Shown here: piece after piece, positions 31,933 to 43,400 of the stretch
Layout of the letters: every line of letters begins with the position of its first letter
How positions within the stretch are numbered: the stretch's first letter is position 1
Origin: a virus
DNA length: 64,000 bases
IMG/VR virus record: IMGVR_UViG_3300049827_000246
Span: 4,566 to 68,565 of that record
Reading direction: 5' to 3' (one strand)
The notes under the pieces: model-generated
What the model was told of the DNA's origin: nothing
Database searches by the model: none
The model's input: only the letters and a program-made list of their open reading frames with translations
Program-made: the position numbers and the translations under genes

Positions 31933-32004
31933 TCCGTCGTGCCGGAATCGAACCGACTTTCCGACTGCATTGTCTGCGTGCCCTTACCAATAGACTACCG
32001 ACGG
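31933..32004 (-). tRNA. tRNA-like element with non-canonical anticodon arm
   Basis: CCGTCG/CGACGG acceptor, TAGTCTATTGGTAAGGGC D arm, GTCGG-TTCGATT-CCGGC T arm; no 5-bp/7-nt anticodon hairpin. Confidence 0.6.
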
Positions 32005-32341
32005 TTGGCGGGGGAGGCCATCCCCCCCGGCCTGCCGAAGCAGGACTTAGCCCGATGCGTCGACTGGAAGTTTCCGGTCCATGCAGAGCGGTGGTGTGAC
32101 GGCTTCAATTTGTACCACCCAGGACTCCGGAAACTCGTCAGAACGCAATCCTGAGATAACCTCGTTCTCCCTCGGAGAAGCCCGTAGGCCACCGGGACGG
32201 TGATTGCCGACCGCAACTTGCACGAGGAAGGGCTACCCTCACCAACGGAGGACCCCAGAACTCGGCAAACCACACCGACAGAGCAGTGTGGGTGGTTATG
32301 CCACCGGCATTCCGGTTTATCTTTCCGGCGCGAAGTGGCAA

Positions 32342-32413
32342 CTGGCCCGGCAGGGATCGAACCTGCGACAACCTGATTAACAGTCAGGCGTTCTACCGCT
32401 GAACTACAGGCCA
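32342..32413 (-). tRNA. tRNA-Asn(GUU)
   Basis: TGGCCTG/CGGGCCA acceptor with G73, CCTGA-CTGTTAA-TCAGG, TTCGATC. Confidence 0.95.
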
Positions 32414-32463
32414 AAGAATCAATTTTCAAGGTGCGAGGCGGTCTGTCAACCAACCACACAAGT

Positions 32464-32508
32464 ATTATAGGTTGAAGGGGTGACCCGGTAAAGGACGGTT
32501 AACCGAAC
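32464..32508 (-). promoter_or_regulatory. Promoter with palindromic box driving the tRNA/ncRNA cluster
   Basis: GTTCGGTTAACCGTCC-TTTACC-N17-TATAAT. Confidence 0.75.
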
Positions 32509-32804
32509 CTAGTAAGCAAAGTCGAAATACTCATGTTTAGGCCACATATCCTCAATCCAGATTATCGTGCGCACAATGTCTGCCCTTGCTTTCTCACGAG
32601 TGGGTGCGATCCCGTTGTGCATGTGAGTCCCGTATGCACCCGTTCCGTCTTCCCACACAAGGCACCAGTGATACTCTTGCTTACCTTCGCACCACCACAG
32701 GTCGGCGTTAGCATTGTGTTTGTCGATGAGAACGGTGCTTGTATAGCGAGTGCCCGACCCCTTGACCAACTCAAACGTCATGTTTGGCATTCTCCTGCAA
32801 ATCC

Positions 32805-33038
32805 CTAATACGAATCTCCTCCTTCAATCTGCGGTTCTCCTCCGCCAGCAGCAAAAGTTTCTGCGACATCTGTTTGTACAACTTCTCGGATGACGAGTCG
32901 GTCCCCGATGATATCAAAGTCGAGAGTCGTGCCCTCATGCCAGCCAAGCGCCTCAAGGAGCTCTTCAGGGAAGGGAATAGCAAGGTCTCCATCTTCAGTC
33001 TCTTCGCAGGTCGTGATGAATTTAGGGTACTCGGTCAT
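32805..33038 (-). CDS. AbrB/MazE-like DNA-binding protein
   Basis: DGDLAIPFPEELLEALGWHEGTTLDFDI. Confidence 0.7.
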   Translation of the reverse strand: MTEYPKFITTCEETEDGDLAIPFPEELLEALGWHEGTTLDFDIIGDRLVIREVVQTDVAETFAAGGGEPQIEGGDSY

Positions 33039-33437
33039 CTTTTGTAATTCTTATAGAGTTGTTTTCCCCTATCGCAAGGTTGCGAGTCGGGTCAAGCATG
33101 AGCATGTCAGTTCTCAGCTGGTTGATGCGATCCCGGTTTTTTGAGGACATTGACAGTTCATGAAGAAGTATTTTGTCCTCGCCTTTGATTTCAATCAGCT
33201 GAAGGATACCCTCGGGAACAAACCTAGGCGGGATCATTGATGGCCTCTAAGATTTTAACTTGATCAACATCCTCACCTTCTTCACATAGAGAGCGAGTAG
33301 CTGCGCCAACTGAGAGAAAAGGCTTGCCTTGTTGGCTCCATCCGAATCCGTCCCAGTATTGGCCCGCCGGATTTACCACAAAGTACATTGCTCAGGTGTC
33401 ACTGGGCTTACTATAGTCTGTAAGCGAGACGGTAAAC

Positions 33438-33884
33438 TCAAGGTTTTACGGGAGCGAGGTAGCTTTGCAGAAGGTACATATCGGTGAGGACTACTGAGCT
33501 CATGGCTTGCATCTGGTTGCCTACGGCCACGAGGCGTGGGTCCTTGGAATGCTCTTCACAGAAGTTGTAGTACATGGCGATGGTCCCCGAGAGGGCCATC
33601 ACGTAGTCAAGCACCAACTCAGATGTGGAGTGACAATCGTAAAACTCCATGCTGATGCCGGGTCCCCGGAACAAATCAAAGTCGGGGTTGAAGCCACACG
33701 CACGTAGTTGCTCAATGAGAGAGTCCATCAAGTCGCCGAGATCGTTGTAGATTCGGTCAAACATGAGGTGAGCTTCGTAGAAGTTGCTTCCACGCACGTT
33801 CCAGTGCGCCATGCGAGCAACAATAGTAGCATCGTTTAGATACTTAACAATTTTGTTCGACAGAACAGCAAACTCTTCGTTCAT
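33438..33884 (-). CDS. dps: Dps/ferritin-like protein
   Basis: HWNVRGSNFYEAHLMFDRIY...D.LIEQLR. Confidence 0.82.
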   Translation of the reverse strand: MNEEFAVLSNKIVKYLNDATIVARMAHWNVRGSNFYEAHLMFDRIYNDLGDLMDSLIEQLRACGFNPDFDLFRGPGISMEFYDCHSTSELVLDYVMALSGTIAMYYNFCEEHSKDPRLVAVGNQMQAMSSVVLTDMYLLQSYLAPVKP

Positions 33885-34159
33885 TTTACTTTTTGCTCCT
33901 TGCGCATTTTACGAGTAACTTTTTTGGCAAGGGCTTCGGCAACCCTCCTCTGCTTATCCGCAATCTTGTTGGCTTTAGTTTGAGATTGTTTCAACTTGGC
34001 CTGAAACTTCTTCTCACGCAGTTCGGCAGGAGTTGACACCGGAAGGCCAGTATCACACTCTACGTTCATGCTAAGGCCGGCACCCAGGGGTGTTACCGAG
34101 AAGTCAAAAGAAGAATAAGCTTCCTTTACTGCTGCCTCTGAGAAACAATCAGTCCTCAT
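33881..34159 (-). CDS. Hypothetical basic protein (possible internal virion protein)
   Basis: Preceded by GGGTAAAA motif; N-terminal FSEAA...FDFS and Lys-rich C-terminus. Confidence 0.6.
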   Translation of the reverse strand: MRTDCFSEAAVKEAYSSFDFSVTPLGAGLSMNVECDTGLPVSTPAELREKKFQAKLKQSQTKANKIADKQRRVAEALAKKVTRKMRKEQKVK

Positions 34160-34300
34160 CTGGTTCGTGTCTCACTCTACCGGTTTTACCCTGGTTACGA
34201 AGGCGGCAGTTTTTAACGTGTTCTCGAAATTGCACAGAATCGCAATGTCCGTCTCCGCAGCCAACCACTTGGCCACACATTGGGCAGTAATGTAATGATT

Positions 34301-34936
34301 TTATGTAGCTTTTTTCGTCCATAGATCTCCTTCGGCTTTTCGCCTGCGTCTGAGTCCGGCTTCAAAACTGCTGCCGGGATTTACATAAAGCATCAGAGCC
34401 GTTGGAACCTGTGAAAAGTTTTCCTTCTTGCTCAGGGCTTTGGTGATTGTGTCAAATCCGTTGCCTTCGTAGAAATAAGCGCCCAAGTTGTAGGCAAATG
34501 ATATAACAGCAGCCTTTTGGTTTCCATTCATTAGGGGCCACGTAGGGATGCTGCGTTCTAGGACAGGAACAACCGCATTATCGATGTGGTTTTCCAGGAT
34601 TTCCGCAGCTGTTTCTTGCGTTACTGCCTTATCTCCGGGCCAGACCAGCTCTCCGTTAGGGTAGTAGGTTGACCCATACCCGATGGTCCAGACGCCTGCC
34701 GCGCATTTGTAGGGATTAGAATTAAAACCTTCAAACTCCTTGATGATGTTTGCGGCTGTTTCCAGATAAGTTGTGTCCCGGTCGGACCCACGAAACAGCT
34801 TCACCCACTCTGCATTGTCATTCATCAGATGTGGTGCATGCTTCTGAAGCAGGTCTGCGGCTGCCTTGTGGTCCGGGTTGGCAAAATCGTAGTGAAAGAA
34901 GAAATCGCGCAGCTTGGTGGGTTGCCAGTCAATCAT
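34301..34936 (-). CDS. Endolysin, GH24 lysozyme
   Basis: IKEFEG...YKCAAGVWTIGYG...AVISFAYNLG...GLRRRRKAEGDLW. Confidence 0.92.
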   Translation of the reverse strand: MIDWQPTKLRDFFFHYDFANPDHKAAADLLQKHAPHLMNDNAEWVKLFRGSDRDTTYLETAANIIKEFEGFNSNPYKCAAGVWTIGYGSTYYPNGELVWPGDKAVTQETAAEILENHIDNAVVPVLERSIPTWPLMNGNQKAAVISFAYNLGAYFYEGNGFDTITKALSKKENFSQVPTALMLYVNPGSSFEAGLRRRRKAEGDLWTKKAT

Positions 34937-35355
34937 CGCATTTGGGAGTAAAGTTCTACAGAAACGGAGTCACCTTTTTGATGCACAGCTAAGTATTCGT
35001 GCTCAGGGTCGTAGTTTGCTAAGTAATTCATAAGGTTATCCTGGAAGTCGTCAGGGCCTCCCTTTTGGGACAAGTTGTCCAGAAACTGGCAGACTTGATC
35101 CCAGGAAAGAAAGCGACACCCTTCGTTATCGTAAAAGTGAACTCCCCGGCGGCTCTGGTTTTCCTGAAAGCTTTGCACCAAGTGTTTCATGGCGACCTCC
35201 GCATCGGCACCAAGGCCCCTCGCACCCGTTGTTTCATAACCAAGCGAGGTTCCGAAATTGCGGGGGCAGTTCGGGTAACCGCATTTTTGCCATTCAGGTC
35301 TTCGTTGCTTTCACAAGAGACTGATAAATCAAATTGAGATTCGGAGTTGTCCATG

Positions 35356-36042
35356 TTAGTACTGAATCGCCCATTTGTCTCCGCCTTTATCAACAATGAC
35401 AAAGGGAAATTTCTTGGCTTGTTCGTTCGGGGGTGAATCGTAGAAGATCCCTTCGAAACGAGAACCATCGGGGGATAGAAGGTAACGATTTGCAGCGTTC
35501 GGGGGGTTGCCTTCCTTGTCAGTAACTGCTGTTACCCCGTCACGATAGACGCTAGCAATAACTTTCTTCAGAAAAAGCTCCATCTTGTCGCTTATCGGGT
35601 CGGGCGCAGGAGTTTCTGCGATAGCCTCTTCTGCCACCATCCCTCCTGGTCCTTCAGCGACCATTTCTTCTTCTACGATATCTTCTGCAAAATCAAATTC
35701 GGAGAAGTCGAAGTCCGTATCCAACTCATAAAGTAAATGGGAAGGTTGGATCTCTACAATGTTCTCCGGATTACCAAACTCTGCCGGATCTACTTCCATC
35801 AGCAAGTCGACGACTTCGCAGTAGTCTTCGTAAGTCGCTTCCGGGCCTAAGTCAACTCGGTCAATAAGCTCCAACATCGAGACTTTTCCGTCTTCATACT
35901 CATGTCGGAAATGCTCAAGGTAAGATCGAGGGAAAGAGGAAGGGTCGCCATTGGTGACTTCCCATAGCAAATCTGCTATCTCCCGAGCTGTGTCGGAGTA
36001 ATGCTGATCTGCACCAAACTTAGGGTTGAGATCGTAGGCCAT
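35356..36042 (-). CDS. Acidic hypothetical protein, 228 aa
   Basis: ORF track; upstream GTTTAC-N13-GGGTATAAT promoter. Confidence 0.7.
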   Translation of the reverse strand: MAYDLNPKFGADQHYSDTAREIADLLWEVTNGDPSSFPRSYLEHFRHEYEDGKVSMLELIDRVDLGPEATYEDYCEVVDLLMEVDPAEFGNPENIVEIQPSHLLYELDTDFDFSEFDFAEDIVEEEMVAEGPGGMVAEEAIAETPAPDPISDKMELFLKKVIASVYRDGVTAVTDKEGNPPNAANRYLLSPDGSRFEGIFYDSPPNEQAKKFPFVIVDKGGDKWAIQY

Positions 36043-36367
36043 GATGACTCCGAGTTCTAGGGGCTATTATACCCGGCTTATGGCAGAGTAAACTTAAAAC
36101 TCAGGTTGTTGGAACTTAGGGTTACGGGTTCCCCCAGTATGCCAGATTTTTTTAATCAGGATACCTCGGTCCCAGTAGTGGTCGAAGATTCGGACGGAGC
36201 TGTATTCGCGCACGAGATCAATGGAGCCGTCAGCACGGCGAACAAATTTGCAGTCATTCGTGAGATTGCGGATGTTCAATGTGGTTGGATCCACATCTTC
36301 ACGGAGAATGAGCATATTTTTGTTACGAGGTAATGGATTTTACCTGTTAAAGGTTTATTAAATACTT

Positions 36368-36390
36368 AAAAGGAGGGCTTGCGCCCTCCC
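36368..36390 (-). terminator. Terminator downstream of psbD
   Basis: GGAGGGC-GCAA-GCCCTCC-TTTT. Confidence 0.85.
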
Positions 36391-36402
36391 CGTAGTTGTG
36401 GG

Positions 36403-37458
36403 TTAAAGGGCGTTACCCCGTGGTAGCACTTCCTCAGGGAACACAAAGTTCTCGTGAGGTTGATCCACGGGTGCCATCCAGGCACGCAGACCTTCGTTTA
36501 GAAGAATGTTCTTCGTGTAGAAAGTTTCAAACTCCGGATCTTCCGCTGCACGGATTTCCTGAGATACAAAATCGTAAGCACGAAGGTTAAGGGCAAGACC
36601 AATAATACCGATACTGGAGGTCCAGAGGCCCATAACAGGCACAAAAAGCATAAAGAAATGAAGCCACCGCTTATTACTAAAAGCAATTCCAAAAATCTGA
36701 GACCAGAAACGATTGGCCGTAACCATCGAGTATGTCTCTTCTTCCTGGGTAGGCTCAAATGCTTTGAATGTGTTTGCTTGATCGCCATCTTCGAACAGTG
36801 TGTTTTCTACGGTTGCACCGTGGATGGCACAGAGGAGTGCTCCGCCAAGAATACCAGCAACACCCATCATATGGAAAGGGTTTAGGGTCCAGTTATGGAA
36901 ACCTTGCAAGAACAGCAGGAAGCGGAAGATTGCCGCTACGCCGAAGCTTGGGGCAAAGAACCAACTGGATTGACCCAGTGGGTACATTAAAAAGACGGAG
37001 ACAAACACTGCGATTGGGCCCGAGAACGCAATAGCATTGTAGGGCCGAATGCCCACGAGCCGAGCAATCTCAAACTGACGCAGCATAAAGCCGATCAGAG
37101 CGAAAGATCCGTGGAGCGCCACAAAAGGCCAGAGTCCCCCAAGTTGGCACCACCTGACAAAGTCGCCTTGAGCTTCGGGGCCCCACAGAAGTAGCAAAGA
37201 GTGACCCATTGAATCAGCGGGTGTGCTGACTGCTGCGGTCAGGAAGTTGGCTCCCTCTAAATAGGAAGAGGCAAGCCCGTGTGTAAACCACGAAGTGACG
37301 AATGTTGTGCCAGTAAGCCAGCCACCAAGGGCCAAATAAGCAGTGGGAAAAAGAAGGAGTCCAGACCAACCCACAAAGACAAAGCGATCTCGTTTAAGCC
37401 AGTCATCCAGGACATCGAACCATCCCCTCTGAGGAAGCGAAAGAGTTGAAGCGGTCAT
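36403..37458 (-). CDS. psbD: Photosystem II D2 protein
   Basis: [23 protein letters not shown]...[12 protein letters not shown]. Confidence 0.99.
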   Translation of the reverse strand: MTASTLSLPQRGWFDVLDDWLKRDRFVFVGWSGLLLFPTAYLALGGWLTGTTFVTSWFTHGLASSYLEGANFLTAAVSTPADSMGHSLLLLWGPEAQGDFVRWCQLGGLWPFVALHGSFALIGFMLRQFEIARLVGIRPYNAIAFSGPIAVFVSVFLMYPLGQSSWFFAPSFGVAAIFRFLLFLQGFHNWTLNPFHMMGVAGILGGALLCAIHGATVENTLFEDGDQANTFKAFEPTQEEETYSMVTANRFWSQIFGIAFSNKRWLHFFMLFVPVMGLWTSSIGIIGLALNLRAYDFVSQEIRAAEDPEFETFYTKNILLNEGLRAWMAPVDQPHENFVFPEEVLPRGNAL

Positions 37459-37874
37459 TGATTTTCTAAGTAGCTGACAGCAGATTTGAGTGTCAAAAGA
37501 TTATCGCCCAGCAAGCCTAGCCCTCTGTTACAGTGATTGCAGAGCAATCCCCTGACCTTGCCCGTTTCATGACAATGATCAACAAAGAAGTTTTTTACTT
37601 CACCTCCTTTGCCGTTTTTTCTCCCCCTCGGGGAGTCTGAGCCACAGATGGCGCATTTACCATCTTGTTTGTCAAAGAGGATTTGGTAGTCTTCCTCCCC
37701 TATGCCAAACTTCTTGCGAAGCCAATAATCTCTGAAGGTACCGGTAATACGATTATTCACACCTTGGAATCCCGCGTCCCAGCAGTCTTGACATTTGGTG
37801 CTAGGATTTCCGGTGTATGAAGCAGGGAAGCTTTCATTGGGCTTCCGCTCTAGACAACATCTACACTTTTTCAT
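37455..37874 (-). CDS. Endonuclease VII-family free-standing homing endonuclease (F-CphI-like position)
   Basis: QDGKCAICG...[23 protein letters not shown]; located between psbA and psbD. Confidence 0.88.
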   Translation of the reverse strand: MKKCRCCLERKPNESFPASYTGNPSTKCQDCWDAGFQGVNNRITGTFRDYWLRKKFGIGEEDYQILFDKQDGKCAICGSDSPRGRKNGKGGEVKNFFVDHCHETGKVRGLLCNHCNRGLGLLGDNLLTLKSAVSYLENQ

Positions 37875-37921
37875 AACAGCAGTATAACTGCCAGAGGTAG
37901 TAGTAAAGTTAGTATGCCTAA

Positions 37922-37952
37922 TAAAAAGCCCCCGACTTGTTCAGCCAGGGGC
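37922..37952 (-). terminator. Terminator downstream of psbA
   Basis: GCCCCTGGC...GTCGGGGGC-TTTTTA. Confidence 0.75.
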
Positions 37953-37971
37953 ATGAGACTATAACTGTCCA

Positions 37972-40133
<2,162 letters not shown>

Positions 40134-40209
40134 TAGTCATGGTAAGTACGTGTGCGAAGAATGACTCAGGGGCAGGGGACCCTGCACTGGGAACGCCCCT
40201 TACACACGT

Positions 40210-40238
40210 ATTATACCCGAACGTTTCGAAATGTAAAC
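40210..40238 (-). promoter_or_regulatory. psbA promoter, GTTTAC-N14-GGGTATAAT
   Basis: Same hybrid motif at 3319, 36066, 39285 and 63104. Confidence 0.7.
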
Positions 40239-40246
40239 TTTTCGGC

Positions 40247-40414
40247 TCAGATGTAAGCCGCAGCAATCATTTCGTCGTCACTCACCATTCCGCGCTTCAC
40301 CATTTCCTCAGCGAGGTCGAGCAGCTTAGCAGCTTCTTCTTCATTGCCTTCGAACAGCAGAGCCTTGCGCTTTGCCATAAGGTCGAAGTACTGGTTCTTT
40401 TTTTCTTTAGCCAT
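40247..40414 (-). CDS. Small hypothetical protein, 55 aa
   Basis: Hand translation MAKEKKNQYFDLMAKRKALL...IAAAYI. Confidence 0.55.
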   Translation of the reverse strand: MAKEKKNQYFDLMAKRKALLFEGNEEEAAKLLDLAEEMVKRGMVSDDEMIAAAYI

Positions 40415-40471
40415 CTTACTTTTTTATGCGAGGGTGCATTTGCATCTTAGCTTGCTCATGCTTACAGTAAA

Positions 40472-43400
40472 TTAGATGCCATCATAGACATCAGCTATTA
40501 ATCGCTGAGCTTCACTGTCCGTCATGCTGCCGAAATACTTGTCAATGTCTGCCATAGGGGTTCGAATGCCTGGGATCTTATCCGGATCCAACCCACGAGC
40601 CTTCAACTTAGCTTCCACGTTGTTAACATTTTGCATGTACCGTTTGACTGCGGGACCGTTACCGCGATACATCATGCTTGCTGCCTGAAAGTCACGAGCG
40701 TTCCATCCGCCGAGGGCTTCAATCAATGCGGCTTTTGGGCTAATTTGAGCCAAGCCAAAGTCAATCACGTTGAGTTTTTTATTGGCATCGTCGTAAAGCA
40801 CGTTGCCCCCGTGCATATCATTGTGAGCGACTCCACGCATATGAATCGCTTTGCGAGCTTTTACCAGGTCGTCGGTTAGCTGATCTTTGTTATCTCGCCC
40901 CATAACCCGATACAACGGTTTCCCTTCCTTAAGCTCCATTGCGAGCTTACCGGGGCGCTCCCGAATGTGAGGGCCGAGCGAACCCCCTAAGCCTGAATCC
41001 ATGCGCTGTGGCCCTTGCTTAGAGTCGTAGCGCACCCCATATAGGTTGGGCACGTTGCTAACATTTTGCAGCCTCTCGAGCGCGGCGGCTTCGTATTGAC
41101 CAACCTTGCCATTTTTCATAGCAGCGGGTTGAGACAGGTTGTTATTCAAACGAACTTCACCCTGAGCACCCCCTCCGACGTCAACCCAGCCTGGCTTCCG
41201 ATCTGCAGCTGAGAAGTCATACGGCTTTTTGGCTTCAAGGAAACTGTCCTTAGCTGCTTGCGCTGTTTGCTGCTTGGTCGGAGCGGGAGGTTCAGCCTGC
41301 GGGTTTGCTTTTCTGCGTTGCAGCTCGGCCTTTACTACTTCCGCTTTTACTTTTCCGAGTCGGGCTTCCCCGAGCCGATCTAAGCGTTCAAGCACCGCTG
41401 TTTTGTCATTCCGCACCTTATTGGCTAGATCGCGTCGCTGCACCTCTTCCCGGATTAAGTTCCTTTGGGCCGAAGCCAAATTCGGCTGACGAAGAACCTC
41501 AGCGAGCACTCGGTCATCTTGTTTCTTCAGGTTTGACCGCATCTTGTCGGTGTCAAGTTTTGGTTTGCCGGAAGCGGGTTTTGCTGTTGGCGCTTTGGCG
41601 GCAGGCTTAGCGCTTGCAGGCTTTGCCGCAGGCTTAGGCGCTGAACTATTCGAAAGAGCCCCCCTCCTGTTCAGTTCGTCTTTATATGCCTTCTCAACTG
41701 CGGGTTTCAGCTTGCCCTTATACCGATTGTAGAAATCTTGGAGTACTTCCGTTTTCTCGCCTTTCACTTGATTATTTAACCAATCGCGGTTAGGCGAAGC
41801 GGGCTTTGTGGATTTTGCGGGCTTTGCGGATTTAGGCGTTGATAGATTGCTGTATACTTTGTCAACAAGCTTCTGCGCTTCTGAGTCCGTTAGTTTGCCC
41901 AATTCTCGGTTTAGTTTTTCTGGCGAAGTACGGACTCCGGGCAACGCTTGGATCCCATAGTCCCTCCGTAGAATACTTCTCACTTCGTCGGCATTTTTTA
42001 GATACTGTTGAACGACTGGAGTTTTTTTGCCTTTAATTATTACATAACCCGCCAAATCTCCCCCATCTTGGGCCCCGAGTGCTTCCACTAGTGCCGCTTT
42101 CGGGCTAATCTGCCCTAAACCCATGTCGATAAGAGTTAGCTTACCTGTTTTTGGGTCATACATTACGTTGCCGCCGTGCATGTCATTGTGCGCGATTCCT
42201 CTCTTGTGAAGATCCCTACGTAGTAACATATATTTGTCAGCCAGCTCTGGGTAATTTTGTGAATTAAACACGCCCATGGGTTTACCGGCCCCAATTCCCA
42301 GTGCCAACTCACCCGGGCGTCCTTGTATATGGCCGCCTAATCCCCCCCTGACCGTTTCCGGTTTTACTCTTGAGTCGTAGCGAACTCCTAAAACTTCTGG
42401 GGCAATACCCGCTCCTTTTAGTTTTTCATAAATCGCAACCTCGTACTGACCGATTTCACCCTTCTTGATGGCGTTCGGAGTTGTAACGTTTCGGTGAATC
42501 ACAACACCGTCATTTGCTTGGGCGCCCCCACGATGAAAGCTTCCGTCTGGCTTTGCCCGTTCCTTGGAAAAATCAAAGTCTTTGCCCGGATTCTGGAATG
42601 AGTCCTTCTCGGCTTGAGCTTTGGCCGTGGGCGCTTTGGCCGTGGGCGCTTTGGCCGTCGGCGCTTTGGTCGTCGGCGCTTTTGCTGCGGCAGGTTGCAG
42701 GCCACGCCTGGCCAACTCCTTGTCAAGTTCCCGGTTTTGCACTGAGTTCAGAGCAGTACGAAACTTGGCTACATTCTTCAGGTTAGCATCGTCGGCGATC
42801 TTAATCGCCTTACGGAATTGAGAATTTGAGGACTCCGATGCCAAGGTACTCTTGGAAGGTTTAGCCGTTGGCGCTTTGGCTGTTGGCGCTTTGGCTGTTG
42901 GCGCTTTGGTCGTCGGCGCTTTCGGAGCAGCAGCACGAGAGCTGGCTACCGAGGGTCCGCCAATGCCACTGTAAAGTTTGTTGACAAGAGATTGCGCCTG
43001 AGAATCGGTAATTTTACCAAGAGCGCCTTGAATCTTGGTACTGTTGGCTCGAATCTGCGGCATCCGATCCGTATCCACCCCCAGTCTTTTCAGCTCCGCT
43101 TCAACTTTCCGAATATTCTCCTGCAGCTTTTTAACTGTGGGCGTCTTCGCCCCACGCAAATCATACTTATCCGCTTGCCAATCCCGACCGTTGAAAACAC
43201 CCAGTCCTTCAATCAATGCTGCTTTCGGGCTAATTTGGGCTAAGCCCATGTCGATAAGCATGGCTTTGCCGGTTTTCTTATCGTAGAAAACGTTGCCACC
43301 GTGCATATCGTTATGAGCCACACCTTGCCGGTGCAGATCTGCACGCACCCGCAGGTAGGCGTCAATCAGTTGTTTTCTTTCGGGAATATCCGCGTTATAA

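Noticed and set aside
32068-32141. Possible hammerhead ribozyme (CTGACGA...GAAA on the minus strand)
   Set aside because: The GAAA is sequestered in the GTTTCCGG/CCGGAAAC stem and I could not build stems I and III.
31995-32459. 154-aa minus-strand ORF and nested 77-aa ORF
   Set aside because: They overlap tRNA-Asn and structured RNA, have non-ATG starts and unnatural composition.
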